DNA of 64,000 nucleotides from Camelus ferus (GCF_009834535.1 NC_045696.1:71426001-71490000), one strand, 5' to 3'; positions 25,000 through 38,273 are shown, counted from the stretch's first letter. A program made the numbers and translations. Notes: generated by a model not told the origin, from the letters alone.

Positions 25000-26135
25000 C
25001 AAAGTCAACAGTAGGATGCTCAATTAGAAGAAACAATGTAATTAATGTCAAACTGGGGCAGCGTTTCCCACTCCCAAAATTTTTATTCTGTAAAAAGAAC
25101 TTCTCACCAGAAACTAGATAAAAAGACTTTTATGGTTATACAAATGGCAAAAGATGTGTCTTCCAAAGGCAAAAAAGATCAAGTAGGACATACTTTTTCA
25201 GCCATCACATTGGAGGGGAAAATTTTAAAGCCTGATCAAAACCAAGAACTGGCAAGAGGAAATGGGGAAACAGGACCTTCTGTTCACTACTGGTAGAAAG
25301 GTAAATTTGAACAGCCATTCCAGAGAGGTACTGGGATATCTACTAAAATTGAGAATCACACACCCCATTGCTGTAAGCAATTTTACTTTTAGGAATATAT
25401 CCCAGAGAAATCTCAGGCATATGCTCAAGGGAATAAACACAGAATGTCAGGGGAGAGGGGATAGCTCAGTGGTAAAGTGTGTGCTTAGCATGCACAAGGT
25501 CCTGGGTTCAATCCCCAGTACCTCCATTAAAAAACAAACAAACAAGCCTAATTACCTCTCCCCAAATAAACAAACAAAAAAATAAATACAGAATGTCCAA
25601 GGTAGCATTACTTGTAATTACAAAAAATTATAAACAATCTTAATGTTTACAACATGTAACAACATACTTAATGTCTATAGAGGAATGGATAAACTGTGGT
25701 ATAAGACAATGGAATGGCACACATTAGTAAAAATGAAAAAATTGGAACCATATATATGTATATGTGTGTATATATATATCAGCTTCAATAGGCTTTGAAA
25801 GTACAAATATTGAGTGAAAGGGGAAGTTGCAGAAAAATATAAATATTTTTAATGTAAATCTTCAAAACACACAAAGAGCGTTACATGTGACTTATGGCTA
25901 TGCACTTATATAGTAAAAGTACAGTCTAGAAAGCCACACATCCAAATTCATGACACTGTTGCTTTGAGGAAGAACAAAGTGGGCTTCAACTTTACCAGTC
26001 ACATTTTACTTGGATTAAAAAAATGATTTGAAGTAAATATGAACATGTTAATTGAGGGTGGGGGATATATGGGTATTGATTATATTATTCTCTGAATTTT
26101 ACCTAAATTTTAGAATCTTTCCAAATTAAAAAAGT
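25000..26135 (+). mobile_element. Old degenerate LINE-1 3' region
   Basis: aggaatatatcccagagaa, aatggataaactgtggtata motifs; hosts SINE at 25449. Confidence 0.6.
25449..25580 (+). mobile_element. tRNA-Ala(AGC)-derived SINE inserted in an old L1
   Basis: A and B boxes (tagctcagtgg, ggttcaatccc); TSD aataaa(c/t)acagaatgtc at 25432-25448 and 25581-25597. Confidence 0.88.
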
Positions 26136-27179
26136 AACAGTACTTAAAAAGTAGAAGTAGAACAAAATGATAAACCATATGTGACTAATGAATGTGATTT
26201 ATAAGTTAAATAATTACTAAATTATACATGGTCCTTTTCCAAAAAATGTGAATACAGTAAAATACACTTGCCATGTGCTTGGACTTGGCTGATGTCAAGA
26301 AAATGATCTCCTAATCAACTGTTACAAACCAGTGTAACAAAGAGCAGAGAGTATAGGTTTTTATAAGCAGTCAGACCTGCCTTCCCAGTTTGTTCCACCA
26401 GTTAGTAGCTGGGCAGTTATTTAACCTCTTTGAGCTTTAGCTGCCTCATCTATGCAATATGGATGATAATATTTCTCTCCTAAGATAAAGAGGCATAAAT
26501 AAGAATTAATTTATAAAACACCTAGCCAGCATGATGTACACAGTAAATCACAGTTGTGGCCAGCATGACACTTGTTACTGTAACTGAAGAATGGCAATCT
26601 ATGAGGCTACATGGGGAGTGAGAGGACAGAGAGCCAAAGGTTAAACATCTGTCGCAGTCTTCAGCATTTGGCCAAGACGACCTCAAACCCTAGATTTAGT
26701 TAGTCAAACAGAAATCAAAGCAGATAACATCTGGTATCTGCTTTAAAATATTCTAGGAAGAGAAATAAGATTAATAAAATGCTGATAATTGATGAAACTA
26801 GGTAATGGGCATGTAGGATTCATTATAATAGTCTCTCCACTTTTATGTACATTTAAGGAAGGAGAAAAAGAAAAAAGGAAGAAATAAAAGAATCAAAGAA
26901 CCAATAGTGGGGGGTGGGGAAGCAAGTTCATCTAGAATGGAGAAGAGAAATTCTCCCAGCTATCCTGGCTTGGTTAAAACAATCCCTGACAATTATCTAA
27001 ATCTCTTTATTCCAATGATATGAGCCTCATTCTACATGCAACAGTGTTGCTGTGGCTGCAGAGCTGGGCACACTCACTCCCCCTAGAGACATGGAGGTTC
27101 ACAAACTCTTCTTACTAGTCAAGAACTTTTCTGTGCATTTACGAAAAAAATGTTTCTTAATGCAGAAAAACATTTTTGA

Positions 27180-27630
27180 GGTGTGACAGAAACTGCCAGT
27201 TGAACCCAAATATCTGTTCTTTGCTCACTAGTAACAGCTCCCAACTTTCAGCTAGGAACATGGACACACAGAATACTGATTATATTTCCCAACCCCTTCA
27301 CACCTAGGTTTGACATTGATTTCTGGCTAAAGACACGTGAACAGAAGTGATGAGTGCAACTTCTGGGTTATGCCTCTCCCCCACACCCCCTTTCCCTTCC
27401 CTCTGCCTGCTTGTCAGAAACATGAGATGGTGGCATGAGATGAAGGGGCTCTCTCAGCCTACAACCTGAAAACCAAATTCTGAGGATGACAGAGCAAGAA
27501 GATCGAATCTAGATTCTTGATGATTGTGGAATCAACACACAGAACTATCTACTGGTCTTTTATGTCTGAGAGAAATAAACTTGTTTAAGCTTCGGGTTTG
27601 GGGATGTCTCTGTTATAGTAGCTGAACTTT
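27180..27630 (+). mobile_element. Old MaLR (MLT1-type) LTR
   Basis: atttcccaacccc, ttctggctaa...gaacagaagtgatgagtgcaacttct, gagagaaataaacttgtttaagc motifs. Confidence 0.65.
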
Positions 27631-27770
27631 TTTCCTGAGATGTCTTTTCATTTCCCAAATATATCAAACTTAATAATCCACTGCATAAGCTAAATACATG
27701 TAATCTATTTACATGTCCCTAAACTGACAAAGAAAGCAAAGATCTTAAAGGGGAAAATAATATATACATG

Positions 27771-28102
27771 TGATATCACTTACATGTGGAATCTATTTAA
27801 AAATACAACAAACGAGTGAATGTGACAAAAAAGAAGCAAACTCACAGATATAAAGAACAAACTAGTGATTACCAGTGGGGAAAGGGAAGGGGGAAAGGCA
27901 ATACAGGGGCAGGGGACTAAGAGGTGCAAACTATTACATATAAAATAAGCTGCAAGGATAGACTGAACAACACAGGAGATATAGCCAATATTTTATAATA
28001 AGTGCAAATGGAGTATAACCTTTAAAAATTGTGAATCACTATATTGTGCACCTGTAATTTACGTAATGTTGTACACCAACTAAACTTCAATAAAAAAAGA
28101 AA
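27771..28102 (+). mobile_element. L1 3'-end insertion
   Basis: tgatatcacttacatgtggaatct...aataaaaaaa; 18-bp TSD with 2 mismatches at 27753-27770 and 28103-28120. Confidence 0.82.
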
Positions 28103-30279
28103 GAAAATCATACATACATGGATCTATTTTAATTTCTTTCCCCAAATCCTATGCATCTGATTTGCTTTTCCCTCTTTGTGCCAACCTCTATCCTCACACT
28201 CAACTGCTTCAAAATGTCCAGAATATGACACACTCAATCTCTCTAAGAACCAAATAAAACATGGTGTCCTAGGATGGACACAGGAGGGAGGTTTTTATTA
28301 GCAGAGCTTGTCCACCAGGAACAAACTAATAACAAGATGAGTAACTTCACCCCCAACCCCCAATGCCTGTTTTATTCTAAAACACTGAGGAGAGTGAGGA
28401 AGTCTGGCACTCTGGGGAAAACCCTACACACAGCTATCTATGGACACAATGAAGTCTCTTAAGTAGGACACTATAACCCAAACTTAGCTTTTTTATTTTA
28501 AACAATACAACATTCTGGCCTAGAGCCTGAACTCACCTACCAACTGTTCTCCTCTTCCCTTTTCACAGCACTTCTCTCTGCATTTAAAATCTCCTTCTAG
28601 CTTCACCAAGTAGACACCTTTATTCTGTATTGTTATAAATACTTTATTTTGGTTCACGCTTTGATTCAGTGTTTCTATTCCTGCCCTCCCTGTGCCTTGT
28701 ACAGACCTCTGCAAGTCAGAATCTACTTCAGCAACCTGAAGGTGAGAATTCTGTATATGTGATTTTCCCTCCAGATGCTGAACAATACAGTCCTTACAAT
28801 TTAGTTCTCAACGATAGTAACTGATACATGGTACTGCTGCATATATACATAGGACTCATTCTTACAGCAATATTAGCTACTATCACTGATAAAGGATGAT
28901 CCTTTATACACAATGACTTCTAATTTTCTTGCAACTCTGAAAGGCAGAGGGTGTTATTCTCTTTTACTAGATGAAAAAACAAGGTTCAAAGAGGTAAATT
29001 TGCCCACCGCACACAAGTTAATGAGTGGCTGGGAACTGAGATGTGTCACAAGCTCTAATTCCAGAGCTCATGCTCTTTTTATTGTTCCACACTGCTTCCC
29101 TCCCACATCAACCAACTAATCCCTCAGCTGTCTCTTTTCATGTCAAAAGCAGAACCTCTGTCTACTGTCATGAAAAAGATAAGCCGTGTTTCTACTGTGC
29201 CAAAGTTGCATGGAAGGTAAAACAGTACCATTCTGCTCGCCCTTCTGTCTTCTGGCAGTTTCTCAGAGTGCACCTCATCAATAACTAGGGACAGTCTGTG
29301 CTTGCAGACAGCTCCTTATCTCAGGTCCAAAGCATGTACTAAATTTCCTGGATAGACATGCCTTTTCTCCTGCTCTGCTGCTTCTTTGTAATTTTTTCAC
29401 ACTCTTCTGTAGCTTTTCTTACACTTTATTCAGGGCATTCAAGCACAAACCTATCTATTTTCTCTTGGTACTACACTGCCATTAGGTAGGTGGCAGGGTG
29501 ACAAGAAAGCCAATACAGTTGTTCAGCATTACCGCGTGAGTGGATTTGCAAAATGGAAAGTGGCAAAAGTGACAACTTATCAGAACTTCTGAGCATAAAT
29601 AGCAGTGCTCTGTTGATTCAAAGACCTAAATGAGTAATACCACATATTTCTAGGTGAAGTAAAATAGATTTTGAAGAACATATACAGGATGTGTCTGAGT
29701 ACAAAGTCCAGATGACAATAACTGATTCATGAAAGAACTTCGACAAAATGCTCATCCCTGAGGTTAAAAAAAAGAGAGAGAGAGAGACAGCACCAGGAGT
29801 AGCTGTCTTAGTGATTCTGGCTATGGAAGTCTCAAAAATCAAATTTAATGTTATAGTTCTAATGTTCCTAAATTTGCCTAACCATATGTCAGTAGGAGAG
29901 CTTGTTAAAAATCCAGATTCCCCAAGAAGGACCCCCAAGAAGATTTTGATTCAATAAGTCTGAGATGGGGGCCCCAGTATCTATATATTTTTAATCATCA
30001 GATGACCAGGTAAGTTTTGGGAAGCAGTTAGTGAACTCTTATAGATTTTAGAACTGCCTATAACCCTATGAGTTTTCCTCTCAGTCTATATGTAGCTATA
30101 TGTAACCAAACTATCTAAAACCTTTTGTATTTTAAAGTTAAAAAACAAGTACTTCACATAATATTCTTAATAGCTTTAGAATGTATCTGCCTTAAAATTG
30201 AGATAGTTTAACTCTGGATGTTCTTAAAGCATGCTTAGGTTACAGACAATGGCTCACAAATTTTAACAGTTCTGGAATG

Positions 30280-30430
30280 GGGAGTTTTGGAACCGGTAGA
30301 CCTGTGTTCAAATTCTGTCATTTATTAGCTAGAGGCTCTCAGGGAAGTTGCTTAACCTCTCAGAGCCACAGGTTCATCATTTGTAAAGTGGGAGTGAAAA
30401 TACCTTGCAAAGTTGTTCGAGGATTAGAGA
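30280..30430 (+). mobile_element. MIR SINE
   Basis: core aagttgcttaacctctcagagccacaggttcatcatttgtaaagtggg. Confidence 0.7.
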
Positions 30431-31004
30431 CACTATATAAATAAGAGCATGACATACTTAGGCACTCCTAAGCACAATGGTTGCAGGAAAACATGGACCG
30501 ATATTTTATAGTTCTCCCAACACATAAATTCCTCACACCTCCAAATTATAAAAAAAATATAAAACTCTCTAAAGAGCCAAGAACCATTAAACACAGCCTG
30601 GACATCACACAGCCTGGACATCAGAGGTGCAAACTACAGCACTCGCCTATCAGAAATAAACAAGTAAAACAGTGGACCTCGGTCCTGTCAGTTACCCATT
30701 TCAGACTTGAATCAAGTGGAAAGTAGTGTCCATGATGTCAATCACCTTCCCTGCCAGGCCGATAACATAGTGTCCCTTTGCCTCTGTGAATGTCCCTGGC
30801 ACCTCTGCAAAACATGCCCTTGTTCATCAGTGACTACTGCAAGAGCAGAGGGGTTTAACATAATCTGAGTTACTTTTCCAAAGGGGCTGTCACCCACAGG
30901 TTTTCCTGGGATCAGCAACTCTTAATCTTTTCAGTACTTGTCAATTATTTAGGCAAACAATTTTCATTGACATGTTGATCTCCCCATCCCTACCCAACAC
31001 AAAC

Positions 31005-31187
31005 CTTGGAAGGCTGAATCTTCGGTGACTGGGCAGTCCCTTCTCCAGCAGTCAGGACCTGTTTTTGAGGGGACACAGCTATCATGTGACCCCCTTTCAC
31101 AGTCACATATTGAGGGAGTGGTGACTGGCTGGTGGCTCCTGTTGTGGGCACATGAGAAGCTTCGCCAGGTTCCTGTTTGATGATTAC
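31005..31187 (-). CDS. YEATS2: YEATS2 coding exon (VIIKQEPGEASHVPTTG...QSPKIQPSK)
   Basis: acceptor ttgcaag|GTA, donor AAG|gtttgt; 183 nt, phase 0-0. Confidence 0.95.
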
Positions 31188-31678
31188 CTTGCAACAAACA
31201 CGATAATGACACTGAATAAACATCCATGAAACATGCTACTAACATCTGGATCTATTCTGTTCACAGGAATTAATGAATTAATGAAGCCTGGCTTATTAGA
31301 ATGACTCCAGGAGAAGGATAAAAATACTGCTTAACTACAGCCCACAACAGCTATTAAAGGGACAAAAAGTGGGATGTGAACTTGTGTATCTGCAAACTCA
31401 ACCTTGTGATTTGTTTTAGACATTGGTGACAAAATGGCAGCAGAGAGAAACACACTGTGCTCTGTGAAGCTCCCTTCTTGCTGGACTCCAACGGCTGCCC
31501 CGTGAACACCACTAAAACAGTGGAAGCATGTCTCAGAAGTAGGATGTGGTCTTAGAAATGAGATGTACTAAAAAGTTCCATGTTGTGGGGTAGCATCAAG
31601 CAACTCCAACACTCCACAAAAAAGATGATATAACAGGACCATACTGACTTGTGGAATAATCCTCTCATAAATACTCAC

Positions 31679-31786
31679 TTTTGTGAAAGCTCCGAGTCCT
31701 CCAGTTATAGGTTTGGGGCTTTGAACTTTAGGGTGACTCCCAATCGGGCAAAGAGGTGGCATAGATGCAAACAAAGAATCCTCCTG
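31679..31786 (-). CDS. YEATS2: YEATS2 coding exon (QEDSLFASMPPLCPIGSHPKVQSPKPITGGLGAFTK)
   Basis: acceptor acacag|CAG (NAGNAG), donor AAA|gtgagt; 108 nt, phase 0-0. Confidence 0.95.
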
Positions 31787-33239
31787 CTGTGTTTGTAAAA
31801 ATACAGATTGTACAATTAGGATAAAGTGAGTGATTTCAGACACTCACCTGTGTCATTCAATACAAATGTCATTCAATACAAACCTGTGACATTCTCTAGC
31901 AACATACATACCCGAAAAAATAAAAAACAAAAACCAAAACAAACAGCCCAAAACTCTTTGGGATCTTCCAAGCCCTTACACCTGCATTTTCATATTATTT
32001 TAGAAACCAATTCAAAGAAAGGTTATAACTTGAAAAGAACCCACTCATTTGTGCCCCACTATATGCTGCAAAGACTACTATCATATTACCTCTAATACCT
32101 GGTTGACTTGTTGGTTTCATGTCTGGTTCCCCTGCCAGACGCTACTAAAGGACAGGTACTGTACCCTATTTCTTTTCTATCCCTAGGGTCTAGGCGCTAA
32201 ATAAATAAATGAATGTAAAAAGGTACTTAGGTGTTTCAGTATATACACCTTTTTAACAGTACTCATAACTTCATTTACCATTACTCCAGATAAATACCCA
32301 GGACACAGAGGGAAATTTTTCAGTAAGAATTTTAAAAATCACACAACATAAAGAACAATTAGCAAAAGGAAAGACAACAAAGGTCAAAATTCAAAATTAT
32401 CGTCATCTGTCTCTAATTCTCAAATACAAAATGTCAGTCTCAGAGGCAATTTTCCAAAAATACATGTCAGGGGCAAGAAACAAAGTTAGGAACACTGCTT
32501 AACTTTGTAACGAAAAGATCATCAACAAACATGAAAAACACATGGGTAGACAATTAAGACCTTCAAGAGAATTCTTACAGTTCAGGCATTCACGTAACAC
32601 AGTGCTCACAGATGACACGGAATTTAGAGAAAAACCTCTCCTTGGACCAGGAAACTATTTAATAACATCACCATTAAGTGCCTAAGTATAAGAAATGCTG
32701 TGTTAGCACTAGTTATGTAAAAGATGATCTCTGAATTCTCAGAATTCTCAAATAGGAGTTTCTACCTCAGAGGCTCTAGCCTTAAGGCAGCCAAGACAAT
32801 GACAAATAAGCTGAATAACTAACCCAACAGGCAGTGACTGTCCTTTTGCCAAACAGTGAACAGATACCGAGCACTCTGATCTGAACAAGTCAAATCACAT
32901 TTGGAGTTGTAAATTTCAAAAGGACTGCCTACCTGAAAAAGGTGGGGGGGGGGGAACATTGTGCAAAGATAAGAATTATTACTTTATAAAGAAAAATTTA
33001 TAACAAAACTGTCCAAAAAAAAAATCATAGTTTTCAAATAGATACTGAATGACTGACTGTTGAGAAACATCTTCTACACAAGGAAAAGATCAAGGGTAAG
33101 GTAGGGGACGTTGGAGTACATGATCTTTATTAGCTTGAAGATTGTACTTTATGAAATCTCCATTATCAACTTACAAATTCGGGCTGAACTTAAATGAACC
33201 ATCTTTAGAAACTAGCAAAAGTGCAATTAAGAGTGTTAC

Positions 33240-33343
33240 CTTGACAGCAGATGTCACAAAACTACTTCCATGAATTTTAGGAACTGGGGAACCTGTTCCT
33301 TGGGAGGCCTGAGAGGCAGTAGAGAGCTTGCTGGTAGGACTTC
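33240..33343 (-). CDS. YEATS2: YEATS2 coding exon (GSPTSKLSTASQASQGTGSPVPKIHGSSFVTSAVK)
   Basis: acceptor cttactag|GA, donor AAG|gtaaca; 104 nt, phase 1-0. Confidence 0.95.
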
Positions 33344-33494
33344 CTAGTAAGCAAGGTAGATTTAAAGTTAAAGTACAAACAAAGTAAAATTTACAAAATG
33401 GAATTTTAAAGCCATTTTTCCTCCACCCTCCCCTTCTCCCCACAATTTTTCATTTTGAAGGATTTGAAAACTCACAGCCATGAAATTATTATAG

Positions 33495-33865
33495 AGAAAA
33501 CGCAAATATCATATGATATCACTTACATGTGGAATCTAAGATATGATACAAATGAACTTATAAAACAGAAACAGAATCTCAGACATAGAAAACTAACTTA
33601 TGGTTACCAAAGGAAAAGGAAGTGGGAGAGGGATAAATTGCGAGTTTGGGATTTGCAGATACAAACTATTGAAAATAAATAAACAACAAGGTCCTAGTGT
33701 ATAGCATAGGGAACTACATTCAATATCCTATAGTAAATCATAATGGAAAAGAATATAAAAAGGAATATATATATGTATAACTAAATCACTTTGCTGTACA
33801 CCAGAAACTAATACATTGCAAATCAGCTATACTTTAATAAAATCAAATTTAAAAAAAAAAGAAAA
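33495..33865 (+). mobile_element. L1 3'-end insertion
   Basis: same tail family (tgatatcacttacatgtggaatcta, gtatagcatagggaactacattcaata) with polyA. Confidence 0.8.
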
Positions 33866-34049
33866 AAACATGTAAGGATTCATTATATGAAGCTGACCTT
33901 CACCAACCTAAAAAGGGACAAGAAGCTAGTAATGAAGTGTAGAAGAATGAGTAAGTAGACATATATTCTGTACTTAAATAAAAGGAGATCCTGTAACATA
34001 ATGGTGCTGGTTCTCTAACAATAGCCAAAGTGTATGAATTCAAGTGAAT

Positions 34050-34480
34050 GCTAGCTCCTTCAAAGTAGTTTCACTAGAAGGTTAAACCTACTCTAAAATG
34101 CTGCCAACATCAAACATTTTATACTCCACCTGTAAAACTGCCTTTAGAATGAAAGTAAGTCACATTATCTGCAGTCAACAGTAAGTCAAGATCAAAAATG
34201 ATACTTGGTCAAGATCAAAAATGGTACTTGGTCACTAACTCCATCTACCAAACTTGCCTGCAAAGACTATCGGCTGATTCCTAAAATTAAACATCCTCAA
34301 AAGACACCTACTTGGCATCCTTAATGTATTCAAAAGGGAATCTCTAAAAGCAGCATTTTTTAAGGGAGTTCCACAATTATAATCATTGTCAAAGGACATA
34401 ACTTTTCCAAAAGGCTCAACATACATTAATGTATGTTAAAAACAAATAAGGTTAAAAAAAAATCAGTCTCATTACTTTAT
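34050..34480. mobile_element. Mariner-type DNA transposon remnant (MARNA-like)
   Basis: ccttcaaagtagtttcac...atgctgcca...aaacatttt and aaaatcagtctcattacttt resemble recalled MARNA consensus. Confidence 0.55.
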
Positions 34481-35177
34481 CATCATTTCTTTTTTCACTC
34501 TTTCTCTTAATTAGAAGTGAAAGCTACAGGAAACCTTAGATTTAGGAGCATGTGTTTAAACAGTTTAATTGAAGGGAATAAATAAAAATAATGTTAGTGA
34601 AAGTACTTCAAAAAAATCTGAAAAGCACTCTGTGTTTATAAGAGGTTATGATGATACACACGGTGAATCCAAAGACTTCTTATTCTTACTATTAGAGTTT
34701 TGTTGTTGTTGTTGTTAATAACTGCAGAGGTTCAGTTTCCCTCCCACACTCAAATTTTATCTCATTCACAGAAAAGTAGAGATAATTTTTTTATTTCACT
34801 GGAAAAAAACAGCTATGGCTCACAAAGCTATTCCTGTTTTAAGCTTAATTTGGAAAAGTTAATAGCCATGTTGTCCAAAAAACATGCTCTTCAAATGAGA
34901 ATAAAATCAACTTTTTTTTAAAGAAAATTAATTATGGCTCACTTTTAATCTTTAGAAATTAAGAAGGAAAACTTGGGTAAATTCCTAAAAATTTAACTTA
35001 TAAAAAGTAAATCTTCCCTTAGAAAAACAGCACTGGAGTTACTCTTACATATTCCCTCCTCTTGTTCATGGCTGAAGAGTTCATTCTCCCACTATATGGC
35101 CACTAAGTCACGCTAGGATTTCATCTTCAAAAAAGATCAGATCTCTGGGATTGCACAAATACTGTTCAAACACACAC

Positions 35178-35336
35178 CTGCAGTAGGAGTTGTGGCTCCA
35201 ATAACCTGCCCTGGCTTGTCCACGATAACATAAGGATTATTAATAACAGAACTGGAGGTGCCTTGCTTCACATGGACTGGAGTGGAGGTTGGGGTTCGAG
35301 GCAATGGTGATGGACTTGGGGTTGATATAGGGGAAC
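35178..35336 (-). CDS. YEATS2: YEATS2 coding exon (GSPISTPSPSPLPRTPTSTPVHVKQG...GQVIGATTPTA)
   Basis: acceptor aataaag|GT after long T tract, donor GCAG|gtgtgt; 159 nt, phase 1-1. Confidence 0.95.
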
Positions 35337-35559
35337 CTTTATTAATAAAAAAAAAAGAGAAAAGAGAAAAAAAATAAGCTAAACAAAATATGTATTCAAC
35401 CCATATGAGAGGATGCTAAAGAAAATGGAAGTGAGGCAGGGCCACTGGGACAAAGGTAACATACTGGGAAGACAGAATGGGACTGTACGTTGAGAGCAGC
35501 AGCAGCAGCAGCTGAAGCCAGGTATTAATGAATTTCACTCTCTACATCCTTATCCAAGG

Positions 35560-35685
35560 ACCACTAGCTGCAGCAGCACGGAGCTTGTCAGAAACAGATT
35601 CTGAGATCCTACCCCAGACCTACTGAATATAAATCAGTATTTTAACAAGATCCTCTTGCAGGCTTAAGTTCAAAAAGCAGTGCTT
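35560..35685. mobile_element. hAT-Charlie remnant (MER5-like)
   Basis: gagcttgtcagaaa...ccccagacctactgaat...ttttaacaagatcc. Confidence 0.65.
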
Positions 35686-36809
35686 TATGTAAGTGTGGAA
35701 CTGCTGAAATAACAACTTGGGCTGGTTGTTACAATACTGGTTATACTCGAAGACACTAAAGTTAGGGAGGAAATCACTTACAAGTGAACAGCTAGACTTA
35801 GGAACCAGGAGGCTTGAGTGGCAATGAATTTTCATTAGGAAAATACAAAATTCAGCCACCTAAAACAAAACTCTCTCAATATCCATGTGACAGCCACAAT
35901 CCAGAGATTCATGTTTCCAGAGAATACTCTCAAAGGTTACCAATGCACCACTAAACATCCTCAGCTGTTACTGATCAACCTTGTCACCACAAATTTCTCA
36001 AAACTTCAGACTACTTTATATGTTCAGCCTATTCCACCTCTGAAGCAGCAGGTTCCAAAAAGCTTCTAACTGGTAGGTAAAATTATACACTCTTTAACTT
36101 TCAACAATTTCAAGAACTTGGATCACATTTCTTGCTAGCTATTTTTAACACTGAAGACTCTCCCTCCCCACTCTTCATTTAAGTATTATAGAGAAGCCTC
36201 TCATGGCCTAAATATTTCTATTGACTCTTTCATGTCTTTTCTGAGCCAAAACTATAAAGCATATTTTTACTAGAAGTTCACCTAACATAAATGCGAAACT
36301 GTTGTGAACCAATGGACAATTCAACCTCAGTGAAAATGAACCTTCAGAATTGCGTACTGATCACAGGATTGAGTACATTTCTAGTGTGATTAGAGATTAT
36401 AAAAGACATTCCAATCCCAAACGAATCCCAATCCTTGAAGCTTAACTCCAAACCAAAAGGCCTCTAATTTTTTTTCTATCACTGGTCATTCTGGTTTCCA
36501 TATATAACCCCAAAACTTAATTCCTACTTTAGTTTCAACCATACGTCCTAACAAACATTTTACCTGTGCTGATTCTAGATGAAAATTTGACTGCTTTGAA
36601 TTTAATTTCTTTCCTCATTCCAAAATTGTTTCCACATAAATGACTTTTGTTTTGGACAGCTTTGCTTTGCTAATACTCAGTAGTGATTAGCTTGCTTGTT
36701 AACCAAAAATCCTGCTTTTGTTTAAAAAAAAAAAAAAAGCAAGCAAGCCACAGTACTTTGTCATTCTGACAATTTTTAAACACACCAACCTCACATACAT
36801 CATGTATAC

Positions 36810-37049
36810 CTGAAACAATCTTGCAGCTCATAGTGATAGGCTGGAAGGATTTTCCAGGTGACTCAGGATTAGGAATCTGACTTTGTGGCACAATTTTACA
36901 GCTTGACGCTATTGGCTGAAAAGCTGAATTGCCATGAGAACAAAAGGTAACCTTCTGGGAGGCTGTCATTTTGGTGGGTGTTCGTTCCAATGAAGATGGC
37001 AAAGAATAAAATGTAGTGTGTCTCTCAGCTTCAGCACTGGCTGGGAATT
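36810..37049 (-). CDS. YEATS2: YEATS2 coding exon (FPASAEAERHTTFYSLPSS...FQPITMSCKIVS)
   Basis: acceptor caagcag|AA (tandem AAG/CAG), donor TCAG|gtatac; 240 nt, phase 1-1. Confidence 0.94.
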
Positions 37050-37294
37050 CTGCTTGAAGTAAAACAAACAGTAAGTCATCAGTCACTTTGAAATAATAAA
37101 ACTTTACCCCACTGTTGGAAAAGAATGAAATAATAAAAATCTCTTATCATTTTAACAACTATTTAAACCATCTACCAATACTAAAATAAATACAATCGAC
37201 TGGTATTTAATAAAACTTTATATATTTGGTGAAACGTAAATATCATGCCTAGAATCATGATTCACTAAAATGCTTTCCTTTTTTTTTTTTTAAA

Positions 37295-37715
37295 TATATA
37301 TGTTCATGGCAGCCTTATTTGCAGTCACCAAAAACTGGAAATAACCATGGTCTGTACATACAAACAAATTCTACTCAGTAATAAAAAGAAACAAACTATC
37401 GACATATGCAACAACACAGGTGAATCCCAAATGCATCATTCCAAGTGAAGAAGCTAGACTCAACAGGCTTCAACAGTTTTTATTCCATTTCTGTGACATT
37501 CTTAAAAAGCCAAAACTATGGGAGAAAAACTGATCACTGATTTCCAGGGGAGAAGGGCTGACAACAAAACAACACTGGGGAATTTGGGGGAGTGAGAGAA
37601 CAGTTTCATGTCATGATTGTGGTGATGACTGCAAGACTAAATTTTTGCCAAAACTTGCAGAACTGTGTACTTAAAGGATGAATGCTACTATTTCTAAATT
37701 TTACCTTAATTTTTT
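37295..37715 (+). mobile_element. Old LINE-1 3' UTR fragment
   Basis: tgttcatggcagccttatttgcagtcaccaaaaactggaaataacc and ttccatttctgtgacattct motifs. Confidence 0.7.
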
Positions 37716-38211
37716 TAAGTGAGAAAAATATTTTTGATTGTACAGCAAATATGCCTCAGTCTACACACTTAGGAATATACTAAACTTTCATTTTCTATAA
37801 TTCAATGTAATACTTCTATCCTGAGTTTCAATTCTGCTGGATGGGTGCACAAACTTACTGTCAATTCTTCCTGAGATTCATCCCCTTATCCTGTCTCTCC
37901 CAAGCTTATGCCATAGCTAGGATTCCAGATGCAGTAGCAGGGTGAGAGGGCATTTACAGTAGAGCTATAGTCGCAAGTCCACACAAGTTGCTGCATCCAG
38001 TATCCCGTGCTGTACGGCTCATTATGTCTGGTAAGCCTCACTGTTTCTCTGTCACTCTTGGGGAAAGGGAATTTTTCTTACTTTGAGAGTTTTGTGGAGA
38101 AGGCAAAAGGTTGGTATAAGGATAGAGACAAAGTATTTTGGCAGAAACAAGCAGAGGAGAGAGCAGAGTATTCCTCTGGGCACGGTGTAAGCCTATGAGG
38201 GTATGTGGGTT

Positions 38212-38273
38212 GGGAGAGGAGGGGGAGGAAGAGGGAGGGAGGGAGAGAGAGGAAAAAGGAGAAAGAGAAAGGA
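38212..38273. repeat. Pure polypurine/polypyrimidine tract (about 60 nt)
   Basis: only G and A on the plus strand across this span. Confidence 0.9.

Noticed and set aside
25449..25526. Apparent tRNA-Ala gene
   Set aside because: Acceptor stem does not pair, and it has a SINE tail and TSD; classed as SINE.
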